Source: Botryllus schlosseri (lineage: Eukaryota). From it: a stretch of 64,000 bases of DNA. Position 1 is the first letter of the stretch, and each line of letters starts with the position of its first letter. The stretch lies in the NCBI GenBank assembly GCA_051294905.1, contig CM119375.1:17980001-18044000 (forward strand). Reading direction: 5' to 3'. The notes under the pieces were generated by a model. The model did not search any database. It saw only the letters and a program-made list of their open reading frames with translations, and was not told the DNA's origin. Below, piece after piece: positions 52,749-64,000 of this stretch. A program made the position numbers and the translations under genes.

Positions 52749-53435
52749 CTATTTAGTACAAGTGGCAATTCCGTTGCAAATAAAGGGGCAGCCTTGTCCT
52801 CTTCGCCCTGGAATCAATAGTTACATCGAATAGTCCACGGAAATAAACCGCTTGCTAAGTCCAGGATGGTATAATCACTTCAGATAAAAGTTGGGCTTGC
52901 TTGGTCGTAAAGTTTTTAATTTATTGTTTGGTTTGTTTCAATTAATATTCAATAACAACCTGCGAACTTTTTAGTGTCCTATTGTTTTATTTCAGTTCTC
53001 AAAAACAACCTGTGTCAGTGTGTCAAGATTCCTTTTGTGCAATATAACCTGAACCCGCGTCGTATAAGACAATGTTTATGTGGTTGAATAGGAATAGTTA
53101 CTCGCAGTTGATTGCTATCGGAGTTGTTCGGATCGGATATTGCTCATTTCAAGAATCCAGCCTCGGAGTCGAATCGGAGTCGGTCAAGAGAATTGAAGAA
53201 CATGATCGGAGTCGGACCAGAGTCGATCCACTCCGCCCTAATACACAGGGTGGTAATTTATCAGATGGATGTAAATCGCACGGAGCAAGAAAAATATATT
53301 TTGATAATTTGTGAAAAATAATCATGTTCAATGGTAGGGCGTAGCATATACATATTTTAGCAATTTAGTGTCTAATACCTTCTATCTACTGACTTTGACT
53401 TGGCTGTAGCGTATATCTGACCATAAGCCAAAAAA

Positions 53436-53564
53436 CAGTGTTGGGATGACTGGAGTAGTGACTCGACTAGTGCGTTGACTCGTTACTTGACTTGACTTGA
53501 CTCGAGTTTACTCCAAAAATCGAGTGGCTCGTGACTCGACGGTAGTGACACGATCCCAACACTG
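53436..53564. mobile_element. 129-bp hAT MITE (GACTCGA family)
   Basis: CAGTGTTGGGAT ... ATCCCAACACTG; TSD ccaaaaaa/tcaaaaac (6/8). Confidence 0.85.
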
Positions 53565-54368
53565 TCAAAAACCAATGGCGTGGCCCCGTTCCCTACCACT
53601 TCGATTTAAATCCTCAATTCTAAGATCCAAAACGCATGTTACACATGTCATTACGCGTGACCTTATAAGTAAATATTTCATTTCTTCATAACGTTGTGTC
53701 TTACTACACGGTCTGCACAGATGCTTGACAGACAGACAGACCATAGAAGCATCACCTAACACCTACACGCAATTACCAGTTACTCCTAATTCAAAGACAT
53801 GTTCGGTGCAAGGTCCGGGATTAGTCGCAATCCAGCGTCGTTGTATGGATGGTACGTTGCAACCATGTCATTTCAAATCGTATTAGTATCAGGCTATAAT
53901 TCGTGATATTTCCGTTGTTTAAACTTGGAAAGCTTCTGCACTTCAGCACCGAGTTCAAGAAACCTAATTTCTCTCAGGCGGCTTCGCGCCTCCCTCAGAT
54001 TAATTGTGATTCAAAGGTATAGTGACTTCCTGACGAAGTTGGTAAAAATTTAGTTTACCATCATATCTCCTGGCGAATAACTTGCTAGATAGAAATGCCT
54101 GCATCTAGCTGACTGCAACTGATCTGGATACCCTGTTGGTATTCGGTTATGCACAAACATTCGCATACTTCAGATTCATGTTGATGGTAGAAATATTTGA
54201 TATTGCGAGCAGAAGTTAACTGCATCTCCTGACTGAATACTGGAGTCGATTATGACAATGATATTCCATACACGCAGCTTGATTTACAATGTCAAAGTAT
54301 GCGCGGTTAACCGCTGAAATTACAGTCAATGCTTAGCCCATTGTAATGAGAAGTGACCATAATGCCTA

Positions 54369-57300
54369 TCAGTCAGCTGCCCCGAAACATTCCAATTTCC
54401 CCAATGTGTGCCATCCTTTCTCCCCGTCTTCCCCCATATCACCGAAACGCATTTCGGAGACAGGCAATTTAGACTTATCTGTCAGATATCCCTCGTCGGA
54501 TGTCACTGGAGCTGAATTTTTATCGCAATTGCATTTCGTCGACTTGCCCTCGCAAATTCCTGTATTATGAATTGGCATTTTGTTTATCCGATGGTAGAAA
54601 TGGAAGCATCAATACAACTTATATTCGAAGATTTCTCACCCGCTTCGCCACAAGCACAAAATCCAGGTCTCTTTGAAGAAGCCCCTCCCCAATATTCCAT
54701 TTTCTCGCCACTTCTTGACAACCAGTATCCAACGGGATTTCCAATCTCGTAGAGCAAAACAGTAGACAGGCACCTGAACTGGATGGTGACACATGACGTT
54801 ATGATTAGAGCTATTTTTTGACATGTCAAAATAAGTCAAAATTTTGACATAGCGTTAGGTCAAACAATTGTCAATATATTTACGAAGTCAAAATTTTCAC
54901 GTGAAAAGTTGTCAGTTTTCAAGTGAAGAATGTTATTTCAGGCCAAACTACTTCGAAAGGACAGACAGTTCCAACCAGACACGATGATAATTAGTCCAAT
55001 TCTAACATTATGTGGGAAAACACCTATTTAAATACATGAGGTGAGAATTTGGTCAAAGTTCAGTTTTCTAGTGTCAAAAAATGTCAAAATTTTGATTTTG
55101 AGGTCAAAACCTTCCGCCGGTCAAAAAAGTCTCCCTAGTTACAATATTCCGAATAATATTCTTTACACGGTATTTTAATATATATCCTTGGTCGACATAC
55201 GACTTTTCGCATGTAGGAAATGCCACAACGGACTAGAGATCTACATTAAAGTCGGGCGGAGGCTTTTGCACCGGATGTCCTTCCTGCCGCTACCTTATCT
55301 ATTTGTCCATGATTGGGACAGGTGCTGGAATGGTTTGCGCTCGTATAGTTGCTCGGTTTTAGTTTGATAAGCATCTGATGGCATTTGGACCAACGATGTC
55401 AGATCGCAAGACCACTAACTTATGAATGACGGCTGATTGACGGAATTATACTACATCTCTGCATATAAAATTTGTTGCGTGAGGTATACTCGTCGTAGAA
55501 TATGTGGTCTGTGGTTCAGCATTTTTTTCCGATACCATACGGATAAATCCAGCGCTTTATATTACCAATTCTTATTTCACTATACATATTATCTTCGACA
55601 GAAAATATATGTAGAGTGACGGGGAATTGACATTGACCACGTTGTGAAGGCTACACAGAAGGATTTCAAAGCTATACCGTAATTCTTCATATCATTATAA
55701 CATACGTACAGATTGCAAATCCAAAGTGTGATAGATTCATTGTACCTTGATGAATTGCTTGCATTCTCTGGAATTATTCACGGTCTTGACAATTTTATCC
55801 AAACTTATGGAGTACTGAGGCCGATGTGAGTAGCAGCCATGGCTCTCACAACGGGCAGCCTCCTTTTCAACCATGGAGTCGTGCCAGATTTCCGTGACGG
55901 CTGAAAAATTGTGGGACTATGACGAGGCGCAACAAAAACTGCTTCGATGGCGAGCAGTGACTACGAGACAATCGAGCTTATTGACTGATTCAATCTTGAG
56001 TGGGGCATTGGCGGAGAATCAATTTATTTGATGAGCCCCATTATCGGGTTCTTATTGGTTTGGTATCAGTGGTGATTTAACACAATGAAGTTATTGTTAT
56101 TTAAAAATCTTAAACCGTTGACTATGAGACAACACCCCGTGTGCCCCATGTCACGAGCCTAATCACCGACCCGTATCACTCAATCGCGGGTAAAATCTTA
56201 TGGTATTACTTTCAATTTTACTTTGCTTGGATCATTCATAGACATAGACCCGCCTTCAGTTTGATGGTTTATCGAGGAAGCGAGTGACGCAATGTGTTGA
56301 ATGGAAGAAAGCAAGAGTAACAGAAGAGCGAGAGATGGTTAGCATGAAAGTCGTCCATGATACCGAATCAAATAACTTCATCAAATGCATTGTCATGGCG
56401 CACAAGGTCTGAACAGGCGGTAATCACCACAATCTGAGTTGTATTACAATAGTAATAGTATGCTTTGTCGTATATATCACTCACCAAAACCTGGAGATAA
56501 ATTGCAATACACCTGATATTGATCGTCAGGCGTCCCAACTTGATAAAAACCGGATTCGGTGATTCCGTCTCGACGCACCAAATCGTGACAGGTGTATGCA
56601 TCTGTGATTTAGCTTTCAATCAATAAAGGTTTATCTATACGAAGATAGATTTCGTAGGATTCATGACAATTATCCGACATACGCAATATAATAAATACGT
56701 TGTTATCGCGCTGAACTTCCCATTGCAAGAACTCGAAAGCTGTAACAGTTGGCCTTTTCGCTATATCTTCGAGACATAATCCTCATCAAACTGCGTGCAT
56801 GTGCTACCAAAATACGCCGGCCTATTTTAGCATTGCTCCTAAGGACATCAGGGTACATAACGTAGCATTGGGTTCAATTTCCCAATGTATCTCCAGACGA
56901 TCCAAGTGTATAACGTGATCTGTAAAACTGACCCCAATCCTCAAACATCACATGTATTTATTTGAACAGAACGTTCATAACTATATCGAAGGTAACATTC
57001 AAATTTGAGATTCCTAGTCACACATTGCTCGAGCATGTATTTAAAATTTTCCGCAATAAGCGTGTCCCTTGATTGATTGCAATTATGGTGTGATGAAATT
57101 GTTGATTGCAATAAGGTGCCAATATGTAATATGAACATTTGAATATAATTCAACAAATTCCATACCGGGACAATACTGGAATCTCCTAGATGTCCCCAGA
57201 AGGTAATACCCGTAGGTCACGATGTTGTAGTTTGAAGTTAACTGTGCACATGTTGACACACCTTGTGATAAAAACGTAAAACAATATTATTTCTATTCAA

Positions 57301-60300
57301 TTATTACACTGGTCAACACATATTTTAGGCAGACGAAGCAAGAGTGGTTTTGGGGGTTCTGAAGGGCACTGATTCCGAATATAACCTTATAGTTTTTTCA
57401 AATTGGCTCTTGTTTTGGAGATAACCCATGGGGCTATTTTGACCAAAATCTCCTATTTTAGATGTATTCGCTGGATAGAAAATCGGCTCAGTCATACTAT
57501 CAAGTTTAGAAATTCAATCTACTTGTTATTTTTACACACAGAACACTATTTTAAATCAAAATACAGCAATAGAACTGCATTTAGGGGTATTAGATTTATC
57601 ATAGTTATAGACCAGGGGTTCTCAAAGGGTGGGCCACAGGACCATTTGAGGTGGGCCACAGAGCTGTTTGGAATATTGTAGAACTAGTGAAAATTTGGGT
57701 GCATTTGTTATGTTATTCGCTCAAAAATAGATTCGTATTATCAAATTAAACGTAGGCTACCTGACGTTTTTCATCCGACTTTGATGGGACGTAATGGCAC
57801 GTATGGAGTCGAAAATGGGAGGGGAAACGGATGCTTTTATCCCCCGGCTACGACAACCTACGGCTAACGGCAACGAAAATAATTTCGATTATATATTAAC
57901 TTGAAGTAAGTGCTGAAGTGATCAAGTATTCCAGCAGGGCCGTATGCCGTTGAAAGGGGTGTGCATTAGACTCGTACAGAAGTGTAGTTGAGGTAGATTT
58001 ACGGTACCTTTGCAGGTCGTATTATTGTAATATAAAAATAGCCATAATCGCAATTTATTATCAATTCAACTTCCTATCGAAGTATACGGCACCACCGCAA
58101 CCAAGCGTAATGTATTGAGGATTTAGAGCAGTACGCGCATTAATGTTTGGAGTCGGTTTGAAATTTCCGGCCTTGAAATCATTGTACATAATGGAAAAGT
58201 CACATGAAATGATTATACAATCGGATTGAATGTTCTGACAGCGCACTCAGGTAGATACTGGATATACTATATGTACGTTGTACAGCTTGAATATTGAAAT
58301 ATTCTTTCTCCACGTCTGTGCAGTATCCCTTTTACCAAATAATTGTTTGAAACTGTCCAGCCCCAATCTGCACTACAGTGGAAGTAAAACCGCAATCACA
58401 CAGTTGATGCCGGAATTAGATTATTGGGTTTCGCAACATGAGTGGAACAGCGGCCATATTAATGTACACAAGAGTTATACGATCTACCAGGACGGTACCT
58501 GCCGCACTCAAAACCCCCAATTTGGGGGAGCTCAAAGGGGCCCAAATTTCTTTGGTCGTTTGTTTGTTGGAGGAGATTTATTCAACTTGAAAATTTACGT
58601 CGCGCTTTGCGCGATTTCATTACTCTGAAGGTCTACATTTGTAATGATCAGTAAGAGAAAAATGCGCAGATTTTAGAGAAATAGGCATATCGGCGCCAGC
58701 GATGACCATGCCTTGGACGGGACTATGACTCTAGTATAAGAGGTGGGCCACAGAACATTTTCAAACGGGAAAATGGGCCACGGGCAAAGAACGGCTGAGA
58801 ACCCCTGTTATAGACTTTCACGGATATCATGTACGTAAATAAACTCACGCCATGTATATAAGTAGCCTATTTACCTAGTTACTCAAATAACGTGGGATTA
58901 ATTCAATCAGTTTTACGCCAACCACTTCTTGTGAATTTGAAATATTCAGTTGCAATATAATATTATTCATTTATTTTAATGCACAATCGATTTTTGTACG
59001 ATTTTCGCCTGTAAGCATTTTAGTGCAGTTACTCGAAATGTTCCAGCAAAGGTCTGCCATAATATGTTCATCCCATCTGCCCTAATATCTTTCTTTTGTT
59101 TTTTTGATGACTTGGTAGAACCTCTGCTCTTGCTAATCAACAAGATCATTAGGAAATTTATCCAGATGGCTGAACAGGAAGAGAACTTCTATGCTCATAC
59201 TTGTTCCAAGTTTTCCATAGGCAGATACGAATTTTCGGACCAACTGTTTGTAGTTGGGTGCTTTGTGGTCATTTAAAAAGTTTTATTCACTACATCTTAG
59301 GATAAATTCCATGCTGTGAACTCCTTCCTAATATGAAAATTAGAATCTTTCATCCTGATTCGAATCTGAATCCATCAAGGATACCAGATTTAAGCTTCTC
59401 GTTGGATAGGGATAGGCTACTATAGGTAGGGGTGGGCACAATGATTCGAGTACTTGAATCTGGATTGAGTACTCAAATCTGAATCGAGTAATAATTTTAA
59501 TGATTCGAGTCGAGTAGCAAAGGACGATTTTGTCGAGTACTGAAACTATACCCTACTCGCAACTGAAAGATAATTTAATAACGAGAATTATAGTTTTGAT
59601 ACTAATTGTCACTTTTGAAGCCTTGAAACCATGATTCGCCGTATCGTAGCATACGAACAGGTCGAACACATATAGTACAACGCTACGAACGTTACTGGAA
59701 ACAGCACATTTCCGAAGTCATGATCGTCCCACAACATTGTCACCAATTAAAAAGGTATGGCTAAAAAATACCAAAGTATCTTTAATTGTGATGGATAACA
59801 GGCATTGTATTGTTTGTGGTCGCATAAAAGGTACATATTTGAACTTTGACATATTACATTTAGTAATGACGTTATAATGAGTGATACTCGGTTACTCGAT
59901 TCGACTCGAGGCATATTATGTGATTCAGAATCGAATCACTCAGGTACTCGATTTTGCCCAGCCCTAACTATAGGTATACCCACTTTGTGACTCAGCGAAA
60001 AATTATCCATTTTCAAGCCAAAATAAATGAGACGCATGTGAGTATTGTAATTAAGCTTTTCAAGAACAAATTTTACAGCTTTACCTTCCTCTTCAATTTT
60101 GGTAGAATGACCAATTGATACAGGGGAATATGCATTTCCCTTGTGCAAAAGTACAATTTTTAGGCTTGAGAAACTGCTTTTTTGGCAAACAAATATTTTG
60201 CACCAGGTTATGGTAATATTGATATAATGACTGAGACCGACATGAGTGCTCTTCATAGTCAATTATCTATTTATGCGCAGTATAAAATTAGAAAGAAACA

Positions 60301-63300
60301 ACGATTTTCTTCCTATCAAGTGAATTATTCAAGGGTAGTACTCAAGTAATTTTAGGCTTTTTAGGGGTATAGATATCTTCACAACAAGAGCCAATCTGAC
60401 AAAACTAATGTGATATTCGTAATCACCGACCTCGAAAACCCCAGAAACGGCTCTCAGATGTGCTGCCAACAATTTTTTTTCATTTTTTTGACCAGTGTTA
60501 TCAATTGCTTCCCGGCTTGTCGGTCGCAAGAGCCTTCCGATACGGGTCAAACAGCTATTTTTAAAATTATGGGGTTGATAAATAAGAAAGATCTGGAAGG
60601 TCCCAATATACAATTCATATATATGTCATTTACACTAACGTAGATCGCTTTGTAGATTGTACTAGCCTACATGTGACGTATGCTGCAATGCGGCCAATCG
60701 AGGTTTTAAGGCTTCTAGAGTGAAAAATGATTCGAAATTATAATTATCATGGATAGAATAATTCTTAGCGACAAGGAGCGTATAATTTTAGTACTCGGGA
60801 AACTCATCTCTTACTGCTCAACTCGAATCATTAGAATTACAATGTCTACGCAATAGAGCAGTAGTTTTTAAACATTTTAGGCCCCGACCAAAATTTTAGT
60901 TTAGTGGCGTAATGCGACCTAAGCGCTACACGCCAAAATGAATGCATTTTAATATTATTATACTACGGCGTGATGAAGAGAACGCGCGGACGACAGTTGT
61001 GCGCAACGCAGTTCTATAAACATTTATCAGATTGGAAGGACGGAACTGTGCCAGTACCGTCCATTTCTACAACCGAACACATCAATATGCAATCTCAGAA
61101 TCAATATACGCTCGTACGATTGATGCATTATAGCAGGTTACCGCGTTTGGACTTGCAAACTTGATATCATTTCATTTCTTTGAGGGTTCCTCAATAGCCA
61201 TTGCATGAACTTGGACAAAGTTTGGATGGAAAATGCGCGGTACTTATTGACTGGAATCCATGAAGCACTATGTTAATTGTGACATTTTACAAGGTATATT
61301 ACATTGGAAATTTTTTATAAATTGGTTGGAATTTCAGGTACTGTAAAGTACTGTTGACCTATTGCAATTATTGATAATCTACCTGCATATTGTTTAAAAT
61401 CACAGTATATGTATATCGCCTGATTTGCTTCGTAGTAGTTGCCTCTCATCATATAGTAACCTGCTTCGGTAATCCCATGAGAGTCCCTCAACTCAGAGCA
61501 GTTTCCGGTACCTATAGATACAAGACTAAAATACTATATTCCAGCACTTAAAACATGCGGGTCATTACAATTATTGCTTGCAAAGCGGTGAAGATTTGGA
61601 GATCCAAATCGTGTCCTGGAGATTAATGCTTTATGCTTTATGGTGATACGCTCAAGAAGACGAAGATAAACTGAAACAGGCATATGCTGTGTTTGTACAT
61701 GCATATTACATACGCATTACAAAATTTATGCTATGATCCGGGGCGATTTTTCGTCCAGCTATCTGTGGTCGTTGCATGTAATCAGAGCGAGCACTGTATT
61801 GATAAGTCTCGCCACAATCAGCTCCTAGACAGTGATTTGTTCAATGAAGGCGTGCACTCAGCTGACATGATTATTTCGGTTGCATAAGCTATACTATTGT
61901 CCGGCGACTCTGTATGTCTCTTATACTATAACACAAAAAGTAATATTTTCAATATTGTTTATGTAGATGTTCAACGGTTGCAATTTTTAAATATCTTACG
62001 TTGGCAATGTCACCTTCGGTAGCCTACTATAATATCTCCTTTATGGGGTAGGCTAAATCCGGATGATAGAGTCCATTGCATAAATACTGTGATATTGGGA
62101 CGATGCGAACACTCGGTTTCCATTCGTGTTTGGTATGCGAAAATTGGTACTTCTGAGATTCATGATCGCAAAAGAACCTTGGTAGATGCTACTCCGTGTA
62201 CATTATTGTGAAATATCAGCATTATTCCTCAGAATTCCTTGAATTTTAACTTCCTATCACACATGTCATCAAGGTGGATGCAAGAAAAGGAATTCAACCA
62301 TAAAATTTAAACAAAACTAGTAAAACCAACAATGATGGTGATTCTCCGGAGTCGTGCTTCAGATGTCATGCAACGCAGTGAGCTTATTCTGATCCAAATG
62401 CAAAGTATATTGGGGTCCGGTAGTGCATTACTGATCCTGGCGTCAGCGGGTCCACTGAGCAATAGTATGGATGCGATGGCTTTTATGCGCCAAAAACCAA
62501 CACAGAATAATTAAACTTTTACCACCAAGTTGTTATAGGATCAATCCATTTTGTCATGAGTGTCAGTTTTAGAACGACAGCAAGCGTAGGCATACTCAGA
62601 GCAATGACTACAACTCCGGTAATATATGATTCAGATAAGAGGCAGTTCGCAACGCAAAAAGCGATTTTGATATGTTCGTGATCGCATTCGTGTACACTGA
62701 GAACATTTGATAAAAGTTTGGATTTACATTAATCATCCATACCGTGATATATAATTAGGATCTGAAGACCCCCACCAAGCATAATATTCAAGATTGTAAC
62801 CAAGTAAATGGTTCCGGGTCACAAGTCAATAAAATTTCTTTTTTTGTTATGACTCGAGTCAACTCAACACCGAATCAAGTCCGTCTCCTATGGTTGGGGT
62901 GCAAAAAGTCGAGTCCGAGTCACAGTGTTGAGACTCAAGACCGAGTCCAAGTCATAATGTCCACTGACCAGAATCGAGTTCAAATCTCGCTTAACACACT
63001 TTTGTGAAACTCCTGGGTGCATTCACAGTCCTCACATTTATAATGCGAGTCATTCTACATTTTTAAGAAAATGACTCGAGTCGAGTCATGACGTGAGTAG
63101 CCTACTTACAGCCCTGATAATATTATATTGATATAATGTTATGTGTTAAAATCAACATACCTCTCCGTAATATGTCCATTTCTCTCATGTTATCTTTGAC
63201 GTTATTCATTATTTCATATCCACTTTGGTTCAAAGACGATGTAGCACCTGGAAAAGTGTTTTCAAAAGGGCTCTGTATTGGAAATTTAGTTTAGTGGAAT

Positions 63301-63579
63301 GAATAACAATATAATTGGCATCGACGGATAAAATCAATCCTATACCCTACAGCCCAAATAGAATATATGTGTACCTTCCACCATGCCGACGAGATTACGC
63401 TCCAATTCCCTAGACGCATTCCGAGATTCACTTTTCAGCTCTATTAGTGATGATTATTATGTTAGCGATAAATGTCAGCGGGAGGTAGGAGTCCGGGAAA
63501 ATGAACTGCATACCTGCTACGCTATCGATGAGATCTCTTTCCTGTGTTCGCGTCTCTTCAGCTAGCAATTCCTTCAGCT
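54369..63579 (-). CDS. 5'-incomplete gene: coiled-coil exons, three tandem Cys-module exons and a Caspr/COLFI-type fibrinogen-like domain (about 350 aa resolved)
   Basis: complement(join(63514-63579,63375-63440,63161-63247,61383-61511,57166-57261,56485-56601,55746-55900,54640-54778,54369-54559)); all GT-AG and phase-compatible. Domain marks TCHDL...GITESGFY...VYCN, TEIWHDS, CKQFIKFRC, YWLSRSGEKMEYWGG, FCACG, KCNCDKN...DEGYLTDKSKLPVSEMRFGD...TLGKLECFG*. The last four exons are high-confidence; linkage of the upstream exons is inferred; start codon not found. Confidence 0.8.
54806..55137. mobile_element. hAT-type MITE with GTCAAAA arrays
   Basis: TAGAGCTATTTTTTGAC ... GTCAAAAAAGTCTCCCTA; TSD gttatgat/gttacaat (6/8). 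Confidence 0.7.
55230..55430 (-). mobile_element. Probable tRNA-headed SINE fragment with V-SINE-like core
   Basis: Minus strand TAGTGGT...GGTCCAAATGCC (A/B-box-like), then GGCAGGAAGGACATCCGGTGCAAAA, resembling the GGAAGGGCATCCG core; recognised from memory only. Confidence 0.4.
57613..58807. mobile_element. 1.2-kb Buster/Charlie-like non-autonomous hAT in an intron of the fibrinogen-like gene
   Basis: CAGGGGTTCTCA ... TGAGAACCCCTG; perfect TSD ttatagac; GGGCCAC motifs. Confidence 0.92.
59030..60262 (-). pseudogene. DNA transposase relic, probably Chapaev-3 (CMC), interrupted by a hAT MITE
   Basis: Upstream piece SSLKIVLLHKGNAYSPVSIGHS...FVLEKLNYNTH; downstream piece LSNEKLKSGILDG...APNYKQLV...YGKLGTSMSIEVLFLFSHLDKFPNDL...QRFYQVIK...RY*GRWDEHIMADLCW. 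Matches the recalled SLKAVLLH / MSLKxHFLxSHLDxFP / ERFHQDI..ME.RYQG.W...DYCW motifs. Confidence 0.7.
59427..59966. mobile_element. hAT MITE with CGAGTA/GATTCGA arrays
   Basis: TAGGGGTGGGCA ... TGCCCAGCCCTA; perfect TSD actatagg; a related left arm lies at about 18411-18640. Confidence 0.92.
62789..63116. mobile_element. hAT MITE (GACTCGAGTC family)
   Basis: CAAGATTGTAA ... TTACAGCCCTG; perfect TSD ataatatt (62781-62788, 63117-63124). Confidence 0.85.
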
Positions 63580-64000
63580 CTGTATTGGATATATGATAAA
63601 TTCAACCAAACGGTGAGGAAATGGTGAGTGATGAAATTTAATCGAATATATGGAAATGAGTCACATCTCACCAAAACACAGCCGTTAGAATACCCTTGTC
63701 AGAACAGTACGAAAGTTTAACATTTCGTTTATGGGATTTTAAACGGTGTCGGACAGAAAAACAAGGGACATTTTAATTTTCACACAGAAGTATCTTCTAG
63801 CTGTTATGATCTGAGGATTGAATCATGTGATAACTCACCACTTGCCATTGGTAAAGTAGATTGTTTTGTGTCAGTGTGTGTTGGATTTGCGAGACGTCAG
63901 TCGAAAACCTATGTACTATTTTGTGGGAATGACTAGATTATTGCGATGGCATTGACAGACCGGTGAGCGGTTGTTGTTGTTGTTGATTATTATTTGATTG

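Larger units (their letters stand above)
49309..53240. mobile_element. 3.9-kb composite Ac-type non-autonomous hAT
   Basis: TIRs TAGGGCGGAGC ... ACTCCGCCCTA; perfect TSD atacacag (49301-49308, 53241-53248); GGAG(C/T)CGGA arrays; inserted into an agacacgcccc-family MITE; contains nested elements. Confidence 0.88.

Noticed and set aside
56857-56919. Possible extra phase-1/1 exon DHVIHLDRLEIHWEIEPNATL in the fibrinogen-like gene
   Set aside because: Good acceptor but weak donor (GTACCC) and no similarity to the modules; not needed for the frame.
62300-62760. LRR-like (LHLDQNKLTAL, D*SYNNL) and TM-like peptides in minus frames
   Set aside because: The motifs fall in different frames broken by stops and are equally compatible with chance; no consistent splice structure.
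8912-63579. Operon or polycistronic interpretation of four co-oriented minus-strand genes
   Set aside because: Intergenic gaps are 2-13 kb and full of TEs; no trans-splice sites could be established from sequence alone.

Overview
AT-rich animal genomic DNA, densely packed with transposable elements. The 59-130 nt GT-AG introns and the style of the lectins suggest an ascidian or other marine invertebrate; this is inference only. I reconstructed four spliced protein-coding genes by hand, all on the minus strand. (1) A complete 7-exon classical short-chain dehydrogenase/reductase (262 aa, 8912-18209). (2, 3) Two secreted, atypical C-type lectin-domain genes (20356-24229, 185 aa; 36886-43441, 236 aa). 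(4) A 5'-incomplete gene (54369-63579) with coiled-coil exons, three homologous phase-1/1 Cys-module exons and one Caspr/COLFI-type fibrinogen-like domain. Most of the remaining sequence is non-autonomous hAT DNA transposons, many with perfect 8-bp TSDs and nested up to three deep. Some are 2-5 kb composites that account for most of the length of host introns. Also present are tRNA-derived SINEs, 3' fragments of an I-group LINE and a CR1/L2-type LINE, and a probable Chapaev-3 transposase relic. No CRISPR, rRNA or bona fide tRNA genes were found. The best candidate for a novel system is the array of interchangeable in-frame module exons in the fibrinogen-like gene.
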